From the NCBI GenBank assembly GCA_965205025.1, contig CBDBFU010000007.1, positions 1-64,000 of the forward strand: a DNA stretch of 64,000 nucleotides. The letters run 5' to 3'. This DNA comes from Candidatus Poribacteria bacterium. GTDB lineage: Bacteria; Poribacteria; WGA-4E; WGA-3G. The notes below the pieces were generated by a model. It did no database searches, was not told the origin of the DNA, and saw only the letters and a list, made by a program, of their open reading frames with translations. A program made the position numbers and the translations under genes. This document shows, in pieces, positions 31,277-43,911 of the stretch (position 1 is its first letter; every line of letters starts with the position of its first letter).

Positions 31277-33253
31277 TTAATTGACTTCAAGTAACGTATC
31301 TGGCACCCTTACATCATTATATATTTTTTCTTTATCTTGAGCATTTAGAGGAAATAAATTCATAATTTCCTCATCAAGTTCCCTATACAACTTTTTCCGT
31401 TCCCCTATAGTAAGGTCTTTTATAATAAGTTTGTCAACCAAATTCTTAATCTTAATATGTTCACTATCGTTAATCTCTGGTAATGGTAATTGTTCTATGT
31501 GGCTTTTAAGTACTTTTATCGTTCCAAACTTTTTTTCAAATATAAATTGATAAAGAGTTGAATTAAACAATGCTAAAATTGTTTTAATAGGATAATTTGA
31601 TATTGTGGGTATCAATACATTAGCACTGTTAAGAGTCAGTCTTTGATTATCATCATATGCAAAGACTAACTGTTTAGAAATAAACTTATAGAGTAATTTT
31701 TCCTTTGCTCTATATTTCTTTTCTGGTGCGACTTGTTGAAACTCATCTGGTTTAAACTTAATATATTTTGTAGGAGTATTTGCCTGAAATCTTTTTATAT
31801 CCTTCCCAGTTAGTATCGGTTCTAAGCCACTACTTCTTTTTTCGTGTAGATGTCTCTTATTATCACCAGTAACAATTCCAAGTGCCCAAATTGCATTATC
31901 TTTTAAGGTGTTATGTTTAAGGGAAAACACTTTATCAGTTAACACTGTATCCTTAGTGTCTGTAAATACATCAAAGATAAAATTGTCATTTGATAATAGT
32001 CGTGATTGCTCAGAGTGAAATTGTTGATTGTTTTTTTTCGCAATGATAGTACTATTCTTACCTTTTTTATTTATTAAGTCTATTCGAACAACATTTGTAA
32101 AAACTCCATCAAACGGACGATTGAGATGTATGATTCTTTTTATAGTAGTTTGATTAAGGATTTTTTCTCTTATATCTTTATGGACTTTTATATTAAGAAT
32201 TGATTCGGGTAAGATATAGGATAGTGTAGCACCATCTTTCAAATACTTGATACCTGCTTCAAGAAAATATGAAAATGCTTCGTTTGAATTAATATGTTGG
32301 TATTTCTTTTTAAGCATTTCCTCTTCCTCTGTAGAAAAATGTGCTCCCCAAGGTGGATTTGTTATCACTAAATCAAAGTGTGGATAATCTTTAGTTTCTT
32401 CAAGTAGTGAATTTATGCAATGAATATTTGGTTTAAATTTATGTTTAGGGAACTTTATTAACAGATTTATTTTTGCAAGCCTAACTGCATTCTTGTCAAT
32501 TTCAAAACCCCATAGATTCGCAGGATTATCTATTTTTTCTGATGCTGATAGTAAAAACTGTCCGGTTCCACAACATGGATCAAGGACAGTGTGGTTCCTT
32601 TTAATGTTTTGGTTAACTGCCTCCAAGACAATGTGCTTTGGTGTATAATAAGTGCCGGTTTTTGCTCGTTCTCCTACATTTAGTAGCGTTTGATATAGGA
32701 ACCCTAAAAAATCACAATTTAATGGTATATTAGTATTAAGAATATCATTATAGTGTTCAGTGATCTGCACACCATCCATATTACCTAACCAGTCTTCAAT
32801 TTCATCTTTTACAAAATCATTAGTATAACAAATTTGTCTATTTGGAAATTGGTCTATATCTATAATTAACCCGACCTGTTTTAGCAGATTCAGTGCAGTT
32901 ACAAGTAATACTATGTCTCTATCAAGACTATTGTACTTAAAGAGTTCAGTAATTCTTTGAATTGACTCAAAAACATCTTGATTATCCGCATATTCTATAG
33001 GGATAATGTTAGAGTGAGATCTTCTTTTATTAGCTCGTTTATTGAGTTTTGCTAAAGAACCGTTAGCGAGATTATTTTTTATCTCTTCTATATGAGAGAT
33101 TAAAAATCTATTATTTAGGTGTGTTGAGGCGGGTTTAATATGTCCAAGTTTTACCCAATTTCTAACAGTTGCATTAGAAACACCTAATAACTCTGCAACT
33201 TCTTTATATGTGAGGAAGTCTTCGTTGGGATGGTCAAATAATTCAATAGACAT
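31277..33253 (-). CDS. Gamma-class N6-adenine DNA methyltransferase with N-terminal HTH and TaqI-like specificity domain
   Basis: EVAELLGVSNATVRNW; GTYYTP; LDPCCGTGQFL; NPPW; GIVTGDN. Confidence 0.9.
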   Translation of the reverse strand: MSIELFDHPNEDFLTYKEVAELLGVSNATVRNWVKLGHIKPASTHLNNRFLISHIEEIKNNLANGSLAKLNKRANKRRSHSNIIPIEYADNQDVFESIQRITELFKYNSLDRDIVLLVTALNLLKQVGLIIDIDQFPNRQICYTNDFVKDEIEDWLGNMDGVQITEHYNDILNTNIPLNCDFLGFLYQTLLNVGERAKTGTYYTPKHIVLEAVNQNIKRNHTVLDPCCGTGQFLLSASEKIDNPANLWGFEIDKNAVRLAKINLLIKFPKHKFKPNIHCINSLLEETKDYPHFDLVITNPPWGAHFSTEEEEMLKKKYQHINSNEAFSYFLEAGIKYLKDGATLSYILPESILNIKVHKDIREKILNQTTIKRIIHLNRPFDGVFTNVVRIDLINKKGKNSTIIAKKNNQQFHSEQSRLLSNDNFIFDVFTDTKDTVLTDKVFSLKHNTLKDNAIWALGIVTGDNKRHLHEKRSSGLEPILTGKDIKRFQANTPTKYIKFKPDEFQQVAPEKKYRAKEKLLYKFISKQLVFAYDDNQRLTLNSANVLIPTISNYPIKTILALFNSTLYQFIFEKKFGTIKVLKSHIEQLPLPEINDSEHIKIKNLVDKLIIKDLTIGERKKLYRELDEEIMNLFPLNAQDKEKIYNDVRVPDTLLEVN

Positions 33254-33314
33254 ACTTACATTGTATTTTAATTTTGGTCTATCAATTCATTTTAGAAAAT
33301 TGTAATTACGACAT

Positions 33315-34482
33315 CTAAGCTCTAATTTCCCAATCCTCATTACCAGCATAACGTTTCTGGTATACATCTTGATTGAGTTCTAAACCGAGTCCTGGGTTTT
33401 CAGGTACAGTAAATGTGCCATTAGTAAAACCATAGGCAGAAGTATCAATGACATCACTGGTAAGGGTTGCGACTTCACCGTAGAGAAAATGTGGAATAGT
33501 CTTTGCAAATTGTAGGGCTAAGGAAAAATCCGAGGAGTGACCCCCAATTATGTGGTGCACATTTTACATCATGCTCTGATGCCATTTTTGAAAGTTTTTT
33601 CCAACCGGTAGCACCTAATCCTTTCATATCGTGTTGGATAACATCAATTACACCAGCCTCAAAGAAGGGGTCATAAAATTCGAGTGGCTCTCGTGTACGG
33701 GTTTCACCATCAGCAATTAAGGTATTTAATCCTTTATCTTTAATATATTTCTTTAGGTTGCGGTATAATTCAACGTCCTCTTCAAACATCTCCTCAATCC
33801 AGAATACATCACAATTGCTTGTCTCATTTAGAAACGTTATTACTTCATCATAGGTGTATGCGTTGTTTGCATCAACAAGTATGTTGAATCCTTCCCCAGC
33901 GGTTGCCCGTGCAATTTGTACGACTTCAATATCCCGTTGTAGTCCGGCATTCCGTTCCATGAGATGATTGCCGCGTCCCATTTTCATTTTACAGGCGGTA
34001 AAACCATCAGCTAAACTTTTCTTGATATCATCCTCAATCCGTTTAATTCCTTCTGTTTTTGTATCATATAAAAGATCGTTAAAGTATATAGTGCTATCAT
34101 AAGCAGGTAGACCATTCCCATAGGATTCAGTGCCCATGAGTTGATATGCAGGCTTGTTTAGGATTTTCCCAATGGTGTCCCATAAAGCGTTTTCAAGTCC
34201 ACGGAATTGTTCAACGACACCATCTTCTGGACTCAGTAGATCGAAAGGATTCTTATCTAATGCCTCTTTAGCTTCATCCTGTGTAGTTCCCCAACTGATA
34301 ACTCCCCAACCGAGTATACCATTATTCGTATGAATTCGTGCAATCCGTTCATGCCACTTTCCGTTTGGATCAGGTTGTTTAATCTCTTTGGCACCAGAGT
34401 TACAACCGATGGCTGGTTGATCAATTTCAATGGTTACTTGCTCAATCTTAGTTATGGTGATATCAGATGGATATTTAAACAT
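33315..34482 (-). CDS. Enolase-superfamily (mandelate racemase-like) protein, frameshifted near 33525
   Basis: ENALWDTIGK, GFTACKMKMG, VDAN, WIEE, ADGE, APHNWGS; tail continues in ORF 33315-33560 (VPENPGLGLEL). Confidence 0.85.
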
Positions 34483-34600
34483 GTCAATCTTTCTATAATG
34501 AAACGAACATATTCATTGGAGGTATATATAATAATTTCTTGACATTCTACCGGTGGAGATCATTTTAGTTTATCTGGAATTATTATAAAGACTTTGATTA

Positions 34601-35896
34601 CTATTCAAGTTTACGTAGTATTTTGCTAAGCTCTGCTTTTACTAAATTATTATGTTCTTTAGTATTAAAGTAATCATAGATTTTTGATGGTAGATTATCA
34701 TAAGGATCGGCATCAGCTATTTGCTTTATGAGTGAGGGTTTTCCCAGAAGTTGTGTTATACGTATTCTGTCTCTGTGGTTCGCAACTTTTGTTTTTGTCA
34801 AGAGGGTGATTAAACGATGAGCTAATCCAGAAGCTAAGCCGTTCTTTGCATAATGATCCAGTGTATTTACAGTAGCTTGTTTGGTGTGATTGCTTGAATC
34901 ATTTGTAAGAATATCAAACAAATTGTCAACCGCGTTAGCGTCTATGTGCTTTTGTAATGCGATAACAACGTGCTTCCGAACAGTATCATCAGTATCCTTG
35001 AGTGCTGTTACCAATTCTGAGGTAGATGGTTTGTTAAGTAGTTTTATTGATCTTGCAGCGGCTTGTCGTACACCCACATGTTTATCCCTTAATCCCGCTT
35101 CAATTTGTGTGCTGTATTCATTTTTTCCAAGCCGGTAAAGGGCAGTCTTTATCTCCATTTTCAACCCTTTATCATCAACGTTCTTCAGGAGAGATTCTAA
35201 ACGTCCGTGAGTAGATGTGTCTCCTTTTTCGCCGATAATTTGGATTAAATTTACCTTTGCCGAGATAGGAATATCTGGATTTTCGATAGCCGGGAACAGT
35301 TTATCAAAACCCTTCATACCGATTTTTCTTAAAACACTGAGAAAGTCTCCATGTGCTTGACTATATTTATTTTCAGTAAAATCTTGTAATATTAGGGGTA
35401 TGACATCTAAACCTTTATCAGCGAGAATTTGTATAGCATCATTTTGAACGCGATGTTTTTCCCTTAGGATTAAGAAGATCTTTTTTATATGAGAACTATT
35501 TAGTTCGGCAAGTCGTCGGGCGCGCTCACTCTGATATTCTGTCTCCAAATTACGATTTTTTAATAAAGTAGCTTCTTGTGAAAGTGCGTAACTATACGCA
35601 ATGAGCAATAGTGATTGGGCTTCAACTTTGTTTTCTTCTTCGATCTCTGCACGTTTGAGGTGTTCAACAGCTTCTACAGCAAGACCAGCTCCTAATAACT
35701 TAGTTCTACCTGGTGAGATTTCAGGAATGATCTGTTCTTGTTTACAGCCAAACGACACAACCCATGCTAAGATAAGGCATATCGTTAAAAATTTTTTCAT
35801 GTTACGTTCGTTTTCTCCTTCTAACATCAGCGTAAGAGCAATAAAATAGGGATTGTTAATAATGAGACCTTTATGTTTAAACAAAGTAAATCCCAA
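34601..35896 (-). CDS. HEAT-repeat lipoprotein (true start probably MKKFLTI, about 35800)
   Basis: SFGC lipobox; LRDKHVGVRQAAA, LKDTDDTVRKHVVIAL. Confidence 0.8.
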   Translation of the reverse strand: MGFTLFKHKGLIINNPYFIALTLMLEGENERNMKKFLTICLILAWVVSFGCKQEQIIPEISPGRTKLLGAGLAVEAVEHLKRAEIEEENKVEAQSLLLIAYSYALSQEATLLKNRNLETEYQSERARRLAELNSSHIKKIFLILREKHRVQNDAIQILADKGLDVIPLILQDFTENKYSQAHGDFLSVLRKIGMKGFDKLFPAIENPDIPISAKVNLIQIIGEKGDTSTHGRLESLLKNVDDKGLKMEIKTALYRLGKNEYSTQIEAGLRDKHVGVRQAAARSIKLLNKPSTSELVTALKDTDDTVRKHVVIALQKHIDANAVDNLFDILTNDSSNHTKQATVNTLDHYAKNGLASGLAHRLITLLTKTKVANHRDRIRITQLLGKPSLIKQIADADPYDNLPSKIYDYFNTKEHNNLVKAELSKILRKLE

Positions 35897-36033
35897 TTTT
35901 ACTATAGTAAATCAGACACACATTTGTGTCAAGTATTTTTTTAAAGGTATATAGATTCTCCCATGTTATACTTGTTATAGTTGAAACTAAAATGAGGTAT
36001 ATTGAAATGACTTAGACTATACAATTTACTCGT

Positions 36034-37240
36034 CTATTTTCTTATTCGTTCAAACAGATCATTCAGTTCAGTCTTAACGAATGAACTATCCTCATATTTT
36101 TGAGAGTAATCATAGAGTTTACTGTCTATATCATCAACAAGTCTGAGTGCATTTAGTTGTTTTACCAATGCGTCATTCTTGAGGAGCTGCACTACTCGTA
36201 CACGATCATCAGCACTTTTTACTTCTTGATTTATTAACATTTCAGCGAGATGTTTTGCTAATCCTTTTGAAAGACCTGTCCCAGTTTTCGTATAATCAGT
36301 AAGGGTATCAATTACAGCTTGTTTTGTTGCCTTTTCATGTTGGCTCTTAAGGATATCTACCAAAGGTTTTACTGCATTTTTTGTCTTATGAATAGATAAT
36401 GCTTTTGCAATATTAGAAACCACCAATGTATCACTATCATTTAATGAGGATATTAATATATTCTCATTAACATTAGTGATATCTTTCATTGCTTTCGCAG
36501 AAGCACGTCGAACTCCTACGTCATCTGATGTAAGTCCTTTTGTAATCTCAGCCTTGTGTTTTTTATCTCCAAGTTTGTATAGTGTTGTTAGGATTTCCAT
36601 TCTGATTGGGGAATCCATACTCTCTCTATCAATACCATTTAATTTTTCAAGAGCTTTTTTATCACCGATATCACCGATCACTCTAATGAGTTTTTATTTT
36701 TGCTGACGAATTTACATCGGAATCATTTAGTCTATTTAGAATAGGATCAACTGCATCGGACCCAATCTGAACTAAGACAGATAAGAAGGTTGCGTGTGCA
36801 TCTGGATATGAGTTTTTTGCTATGTTATCAACAATAAGAACTGCAGCATCGGTTCCCTTTTCAGCTAAAGCATTTAATCCATTTTTTTGTATCTGTGATT
36901 GTACACTAAGAATTTCAATTAATTTGCTTATTTCTGCCTCATTCATTGCAGCAATTCTTTTCGCTCTTTCTCGTTTAAATTCTGCTTCGCGCTTAAAACT
37001 TTGTGCTGCTTTTGTAGCAAGACCATGAGAATATGCAATCACTAATAGTGCGCGGGCTTCTGACTGATCCTCATCAATTTTCTCTGCTTCTATGAGATGG
37101 TTAATTGAATCTAATGCGAGACCACTATTAATAAGTTTACTTTTTCCTACTGATAAATGACTGGGGCCTTTTGGTTTTGTATCGCAACCAACGATGATAA
37201 TTAGGATAAGAATCAATGAAAGAATTCTAAAGTTCTTCAT
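36034..37240 (-). CDS. Paralogous HEAT-repeat lipoprotein, frameshifted near 36695
   Basis: IVGC lipobox; the two ORFs align end to end with the 34601-35896 protein. Confidence 0.78.
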
Positions 37241-37375
37241 AATGCCCTATATTTCTCCCTTAACATAAAATTAGACCGTATTTACAAAATGCGGTCTCTC
37301 GCTGCAACTGATGTAGAGATGTATTATTACTAACCAAATCCATACCAGTCACTATTTTAAACATATTCATTATAA

Positions 37376-38835
37376 CAATACCTTCGCCAAAAACACTTGA
37401 ATAAAAAGGGTGTTTGTCCTAAAGTTTTAAAATATCATTTTAACTTAGAAAGGACACACACCCATGCCAGAAATTATAGCATTATTTACTGTATTTAATC
37501 TATGTTTATCCACTACTATGATCCGCCAGTTATGTCAAGTTGTATTTGCCCTGCTTGCGATGACAGGTCAGGTCACAATGTTAAATATCTCCCGTTGGAC
37601 ATCAAAAGGAGGGAGTTATCGTACGATACAACGCTTCTTTAGCACAGATCTCCCTTGGCCAAAGATGTGTTGGCTCTTTTTCAAAAAATATCTGTTTGAT
37701 CCTAAAAGTTTGTATATCCTTGTAGCAGATGAAGTCACGGTGTCAAAAACTGGGAAAAAAACTTATGGTATAGATCGCTTCTTCTCCTCATTACATGGAA
37801 AACCGATTTCCGGTTTGTCATTTTTAGCGGTGTCCTTAGTAAGCGTCAAAGACAGGTGTTCTTACCCAATGATGATGGAACAAATCGTGCGTAGCAACGC
37901 ATCAGCCAATATGGATGTGTCTGCAATCGAAGATCAGGAGAATACACAGAAAGCCATAACAAAACGAGGGCGTGGTCGCCCCAAAGGGAGCCGGAATCGA
38001 AACAAAAAGGATGTTGTGTTCAGCAATACTTTGAAACAACTTCAAACTATGGTGAAATCATTTCTCAAACAGATGGGAGATTGTATCAAACTCCGTTATT
38101 TTGTGCTTGATGGATATTTCGGACACAATAATGCGCTACAAATGGTATCACAATGTGGTCTCCATCTCATTTCAAAACTTCGCACAGATGCTGCGCTCTA
38201 TTATCCACCAACGACACCGTATAAAGGTCGTGGACGCCGCGCCCCTCTATGGGGATCGTTTCAATCCACAACAAATGGATAACAAATGGCGTGTCTCTGT
38301 TGAAACAACCGATAACATCAGAACCGAAGTGTATCAAGTACACTTGCGTCATAAGCAGTTTGCGGATCCTCTCAATATTGTTTGTCTTCTCAAGACGCAT
38401 CTGCTGACAGGACAAAAATCACACGTGTTATTGTTTAGTTCTGACCTAAAACTGAGTGCTCTAAAGATGATTGATTATTACTCCCTTCGTTTTCAAATAG
38501 AGTTTAACTTCAGAGACGCAAAACAGTATTGGGGGTTGGAAGATTTTATGAATGTCAAAAAAACACCTGTGAACAATGCAGCAAACTTATCCTTGTTTAT
38601 GGTAAATGTGAGTGCGAAAATGGCAAACACATTTCGGTCTAATAACACGGCGTGTAGCGTATTAGATTTGAAAGCAAAATACCGAGCTATGAAGTATTTA
38701 GAGGAAACATTAAAAATACTTCCGCAAAAACCTGAACCTATTGTTATTGAGCAAATCACACAGCACCTTAGTTCTATCGGTGCTATTCATCACACACAGT
38801 TAGAACTAAGCACAGGATAATTGGCGAAGGTATTG
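37376..38835 (+). mobile_element. DDE insertion sequence (IS4/IS701/ISH3-like), 1460 bp
   Basis: 15-bp perfect terminal IR CAATACCTTCGCCAA / TTGGCGAAGGTATTG; TTATAA on both flanks. Confidence 0.9.
37464..38820 (+). CDS. DDE transposase, frameshifted near 38240
   Basis: ADEVTVSK, VLDGYFG, ISKLR, YSLRFQIEFNFRDAKQYWGLEDF. Confidence 0.88.
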
Positions 38836-39058
38836 TTATAATTGTGGGTTATATAAATTCAATTAAAAATACCACAAATTAGAGTAAAAGTCAAAATGTT
38901 TCTTACTGAATGGGATTGTTATCTAATTTTACGGATTTGGGAGAGTTTTGAAAGGTGGTTTTGAACGGGAAGAGTATAACATGTAAACTAACAGGATGCG
39001 GTACATATATTAGGGACTTTGGAAGCGAGTTTCATTAATAGGAATGTACCTTCTGCTG

Positions 39059-40645
39059 TTAGTTGGTTTCTATAGAAACTTTGGCATTAAAAGCGTTTAT
39101 AGTATCTAATCCTCCCCATTGATCTCCAGTTGCACACAATTTGAAATGTTGTCCTTGATCAAACTTGTACTTAAGTTGAGCGGAGTTCCCTGGGAATATG
39201 CCCCAATATTTAGTTAGTGCGTCAATGGCATTTTTGTATTCATCACTTTGTTGGTCATTCCAAACGTCAGGATCTATTCCGTCTGGAGGTGTTTCCGATG
39301 GTAGTATTTTATCTCCATCAAGTAGATAGAATATTCCAATACCTTTGTCTTTACCGACTTGGATATCGATCGTGAGTGTGCCACCAGTTTCAAATGCTGT
39401 AGTATCTATACCGATAATAGTGTAATCCTGATGTGCGACTTTTAGAGTGCGAAAAGTGTTTAAGATTGTTTGTGATGGTTGTTCATGAGTCAGGATTAGA
39501 TCTCCTAAACCGGGACGTTTTCCCTTTAATGATTCTTTAATGAATGATAGATATAGTTCTTCCTCATTATCGTATTCATCTAAATCGTCCAAGAATTGAT
39601 TATAGTCAAGACTTCCCATCAATTCAAAATCATGTGAGATGACGAAACAGTCTACTGGTGATCCCTGTTTACATCCCTTTAGAATTGTTTTTGCTAAAGG
39701 ATGGTTTGTGTCGAAGGTTGTACCTTCACGTTTTCGTCTATTTGCAATTGGTTCTCTTAAACTGGTCATTCTCCCTAAATCTGCATTTGGCACCCAAGTA
39801 TTGATCAGGTATTCGTTTAAGAAATCAATAATATGATCTTTTGAGAGAGCACCTGCTCTCAGGATTTTTCCACTCCCTCAGCATGATTCGTCAGCGAGGG
39901 GACCGTCAATTGCTATAGCATGTATCGGTTTCTGTAAAGTAGGTGCTAATTCCAAAGCCTCTTCTAATGACACCCAGTTAATTTGTTGGGATTTATAATA
40001 TCGCAGCAACAGCAGACGTTCTGCTTTTTCTTGTATGATTGACTCAATGAATTCTACGTCTTCAAGTTTTGTATCAGTCCATAATTCCATGCGTGGACAG
40101 AAACCGATATCCGCATAGGTGCTTTCTTCTTGTGTCCAACCGATATCGAAGTTTACTGTAGTCGGTGGAACATACATGTTGAAGGAGACTACCTTTTTTT
40201 CTATGTGGTTAATTGTGAGATGTCCAGTAAATTGTGAGGGTGTAAGCCAGCCACTCTCCATCTTGAATTGTGCATGGATACGGAAATGTATTTGAGCGAT
40301 TTCATTATTGTATGCACGCAGGCATGCCCACAATCCGCGTGAATCTCCTGAATCAATATGGAGTTGCAGATGTGGTCGGGGATAGAGTTGTTTCAATAGG
40401 GTTAACACTGCATCTTCTTGGATCTGCCAACAATCTCCTACTACGACTGGATCTGATGAAAGGAATGCCTGAAAGACAGAATTAGTGTACTGTTTCACGG
40501 GTTCAGCAACCTGAATATTTGCCAATTCCTCCCATTCTTTATAATACCCGTAAGAGGAATACTCAAATGGAGCGATATAACCATTTATGGACACATTTGC
40601 GTTCGAATCAAGGTTGAGTATGATTTTGTTAGTTGGATCATTCAT
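39059..40645 (-). CDS. SelN (SELENON)-like selenoprotein, copy 5, 528 aa with Sec at residue 256
   Basis: In-frame TGA at 39878-39880: DGPLADESC-U-GSGKILRAGALSKDHIIDFLNEYLINTWV; frame open on both sides; SECIS at 39845-39860. Confidence 0.88.
39845..39860 (-). promoter_or_regulatory. Bacterial SECIS hairpin (copy 5)
   Basis: GAGAGC-AGGU-GCUCUC, 17 nt after the UGA. Confidence 0.82.
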
Positions 40646-40646
40646 T

Positions 40647-42185
40647 TTACTTTTCCTCTACAGTAATTTTTGCCAGAAATGCATTGATACTTCCTTTCTC
40701 GTCAGATGTCCACCCCATAGCAACCAATTTAAATATCTGTCCCTGTTCAAAACGGTGTGTCATTTGTCCAATTTCACAAGGATCATACCAACCTATATCG
40801 TGTGCATCATCAAACATTATTACTTCCGGACGTTTATGAATTGGATCAAAGGTAAGTTTATGGTCGGCATTGAGCAAAAAGAACGTGCCATAAGCCTTTT
40901 CGTCCCCTACTTCCAAATCAATGGTAAGAGTTCCTCCTTTTTCAAAGTTTGTGGCATCAATTACGATAACTTTGTAGTCTTGGTGTCCATATTCTGGTTT
41001 TCGAAAAACGTCCAGTATCTGTTGTGAAGGCTGGTCAGGGGTGAGAATAGTGTTACCGAATCCCGGGAGTTTTCCATCTAAAGCATCCTTGAGAAACAGG
41101 AGGTAATTCTGGCTTTCCAAAGTGCCGTCTTCACGTCGATTTTCCCCAAGGTAATCATTGACGGCTACATGTCCTATTGCTTCCAGGATAGGAGATATGA
41201 CCCATGTATCCACTGGACCTCTTCGCCATTTGTGCCCAATGATTGTGCGTGCCAATGGAGGCATTTTCTCAAATCCTTGGGAATCCCGCATGTGTTTAAG
41301 GTCAGTATTACGTACCCACATATTGATAAAATTTTCGTTCAGGAATTCGATGATTCGTTCGTCGGAGAGGACACCTGCCCTCAAGTTTTTGCCACTTCCT
41401 CAGCATGCTTCGTCTGCGAGGGGACCATCGATTGAAATGGCATGGATCGGTTTCTGTTGCTCTTGTGATATTTTTAATGCTTCATCAAATGGCACCCAGT
41501 TGATTTGCTGCGACTTATAAAAACGTTGTATTAGCGTATTTTCGACCTCTTCACAGGTGATTGAAGTTATGAATGCAGTTTCCTGATGGACATAATGCTT
41601 TTCTGCCCGAAGTTCAATATGCGGACAAATCCCACCACCAGTACTATAATAATAGTCAGGTTCGTCTTTATATTTTTTCCAATTAACATCGAACAATGTC
41701 CCTTCAGGAACCCGCATCTGGAAAAACGCCACACTCTTATTAATACGATCGATCACCAGATGTCCGGCAAACTGTGAAGGGGTGAACCAACCGTCTTCTA
41801 ATGCGAATTCTGCATGGATACGGAACGTAATATCGGCGAGTTCATCGCTATAAGCGCGGAGACATGCCCATAAACCACATGAATCACCCCTGTTAATGTG
41901 CATATCCAGATTCGGTTTGGCATGAAACTGCCTCAACAAGGTAAGAGCCCCTTGGTCATCAATCTCCCAGTAGTCTCCAACGGAGACAGGTTTATCTGGA
42001 AGGAACGCCTGGAAAACCGTAGTAGGATACGTCTTTTCTGGTTCAGCAACGCAGAAATTTGCCAATGCATCCCATTCTTCATGGAAGTTGGGGTTCATGT
42101 GCTCAATCGGTGCGATAACACCTGTGAGGGAGACTTCTGCATCATTGATAAGTTTAAGTGTTATTTTATTTTCCGTTTTTTTCAA
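40647..42185 (-). CDS. SelN-like selenoprotein, copy 4, 512 aa with Sec at residue 262
   Basis: In-frame TGA at 41400-41402: DGPLADEAC-U-GSGKNLRAGVLSDERIIEFLNENFINMW. Confidence 0.88.
41367..41382 (-). promoter_or_regulatory. Bacterial SECIS hairpin (copy 4)
   Basis: GAGGGC-AGGU-GUCCUC, 17 nt after the UGA. Confidence 0.82.
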
Positions 42186-43719
42186 TTTTATTTTCCTTTA
42201 CAGAAATTTTTGCGAGAAAGGCGTTAGTACAGAATTCTCCTTCGTACCAATAGCCTGAAGCCCCTAACCTAAAGATCTGACCCTGGTCAAATTGGTGTTT
42301 AATCTGTAATTCATCATCTGGTTCACCCCAGGTTTCAGCGAGTGCATCACTCGGTTCTTCTTCATCAGTAGATAGTTCACCTTTTTCAGCAAATAGATAA
42401 AACTCACCATCCCCTTTTTCTCTACCGATTTTAATATCAATTGTAAGTGTGCCTCCATTCTCAAAAGATGTTACGTCAATTACGATTACAGTATAATCTA
42501 AATAACCTACAGTAGGTGTTCTAATAACATCCAACACCTCCTCTGAAGAATTCTCAGGAGTAAGTACAATATTTCCCAATCCGGGTTCTTTTCCCTCCAA
42601 CGCATCCTTTAGAAACATTTTGTAATTTTCAGCACTGGTAGGTATACCCGGTCCTGCGTTGACTTCAAGTTCCCTTATCTGTTTTTTACCTAATAAAACA
42701 AGTTCAGAGGATAGAATGTATGAATCTACTGGAGATCCTTTTCTTGATCCAGTTTTAGTGCCTTTAAGGATAGCTTGTGCTAATGGAAGTGTTGCGTCAA
42801 ACGGATTTCCTTCCCGTTCGCGTTTTTTGGCAATCGGTGCTTGTAATCTACGTACACGTCCTAATTCAGAGTTGGATACCCATGTATTGATAAAGTTATT
42901 ATTTAGAAATTCAATAATTGTGTTTTTTGAGAGGACACCTGCCCTCAATCCTTTACCACTCGCTCAGCATGATTCATCGAAAAGCGGTCCATCTAATATG
43001 ACAGCATGGATGGGTTTCTGTTGTGCCAGTGCCATTTCATGTGCTTCCTGCAGCGATACCCAGTTGATTTTTACTAAATTGTAGAAACGTAATATCAATA
43101 TGCGTTCGGCTTCCTCTTGTGTGATTGAGGTAGCGTATTCAACGTTCTGAAATGTTATGTCAGAACGGAGTTCTATTTTTGGACAATATCCAATTTCGCT
43201 TCCAACTTTATCCTGATAAGCATCAAAGTTTATTGTACCATTTGGCACATACATATTAAAGAATGCGACGTTTTCTGTGGACCGGTTAATTACGATGTGA
43301 CCAGTAAATTGCGAGGGTGTAAATCTACCTCCAATAAGTGTGAATTCTGCATGAATTCGAAACACGATGTCAGCATAATCATCATTATATGCGCGTAGGC
43401 ATGCCCACAGACCGAGTGAATCCCCATTATTGCAGTCCAAATTCAAGTTAGGGTTGGTATGAAGTTGGCTTAGTATTTCTAACACACCGTCCCTGATTTG
43501 CCAACATTCACCAACCGAAACGGAATCCGAAGGTAGAAATGCATTAAACACAGAAGTTGGATGTTGTTTTTCCGGTTCCGAGACTCGTAGATTTGCTAAG
43601 ACATCCCATTCTTCATGGAAGTTGAATTGTGTGTATTCTATTGGAGCAATATAACCTTTTAAGGCTACTTTCGTATCGCTATTAAGTGTGAGTGTAATTT
43701 TCTCAGATATTGTGTTCAT
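42166..43719 (-). CDS. SelN-like selenoprotein, copy 3, 517 aa with Sec at residue 252
   Basis: In-frame TGA at 42964-42966: DGPLFDESC-U-ASGKGLRAGVLSKNTIIEFLNNNFINTWV. Confidence 0.88.
42931..42946 (-). promoter_or_regulatory. Bacterial SECIS hairpin (copy 3)
   Basis: GAGGGC-AGGU-GUCCUC, 17 nt after the UGA. Confidence 0.82.
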
Positions 43720-43780
43720 TGGTCTTCTCTATTTTTAAAATCAGTTTAAATTATTACTAAACTTTTGACAATTTTATGTT

Positions 43781-43908
43781 ATACCATTTCTATAAATGAT
43801 TCTCCCATGATTAGGTGATATTTATGTCTTGAAATACTGCACAAACTGGAAGTTTGTGCTACATTAAAGAGATTTTATTAATGGGACTTTAATTACCAGA
43901 AATGGTAT
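43781..43908. repeat. MITE/REPIN-like element
   Basis: ATACCATTTC..gcacaaactggaagtttgtgctaca..GAAATGGTAT. Confidence 0.75.
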
Positions 43909-43911
43909 AAT

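Noticed and set aside
38101-38282. Programmed frameshift in the transposase
   Set aside because: No clear slippery heptamer at the junction, and many neighbouring genes show the same kind of indel.
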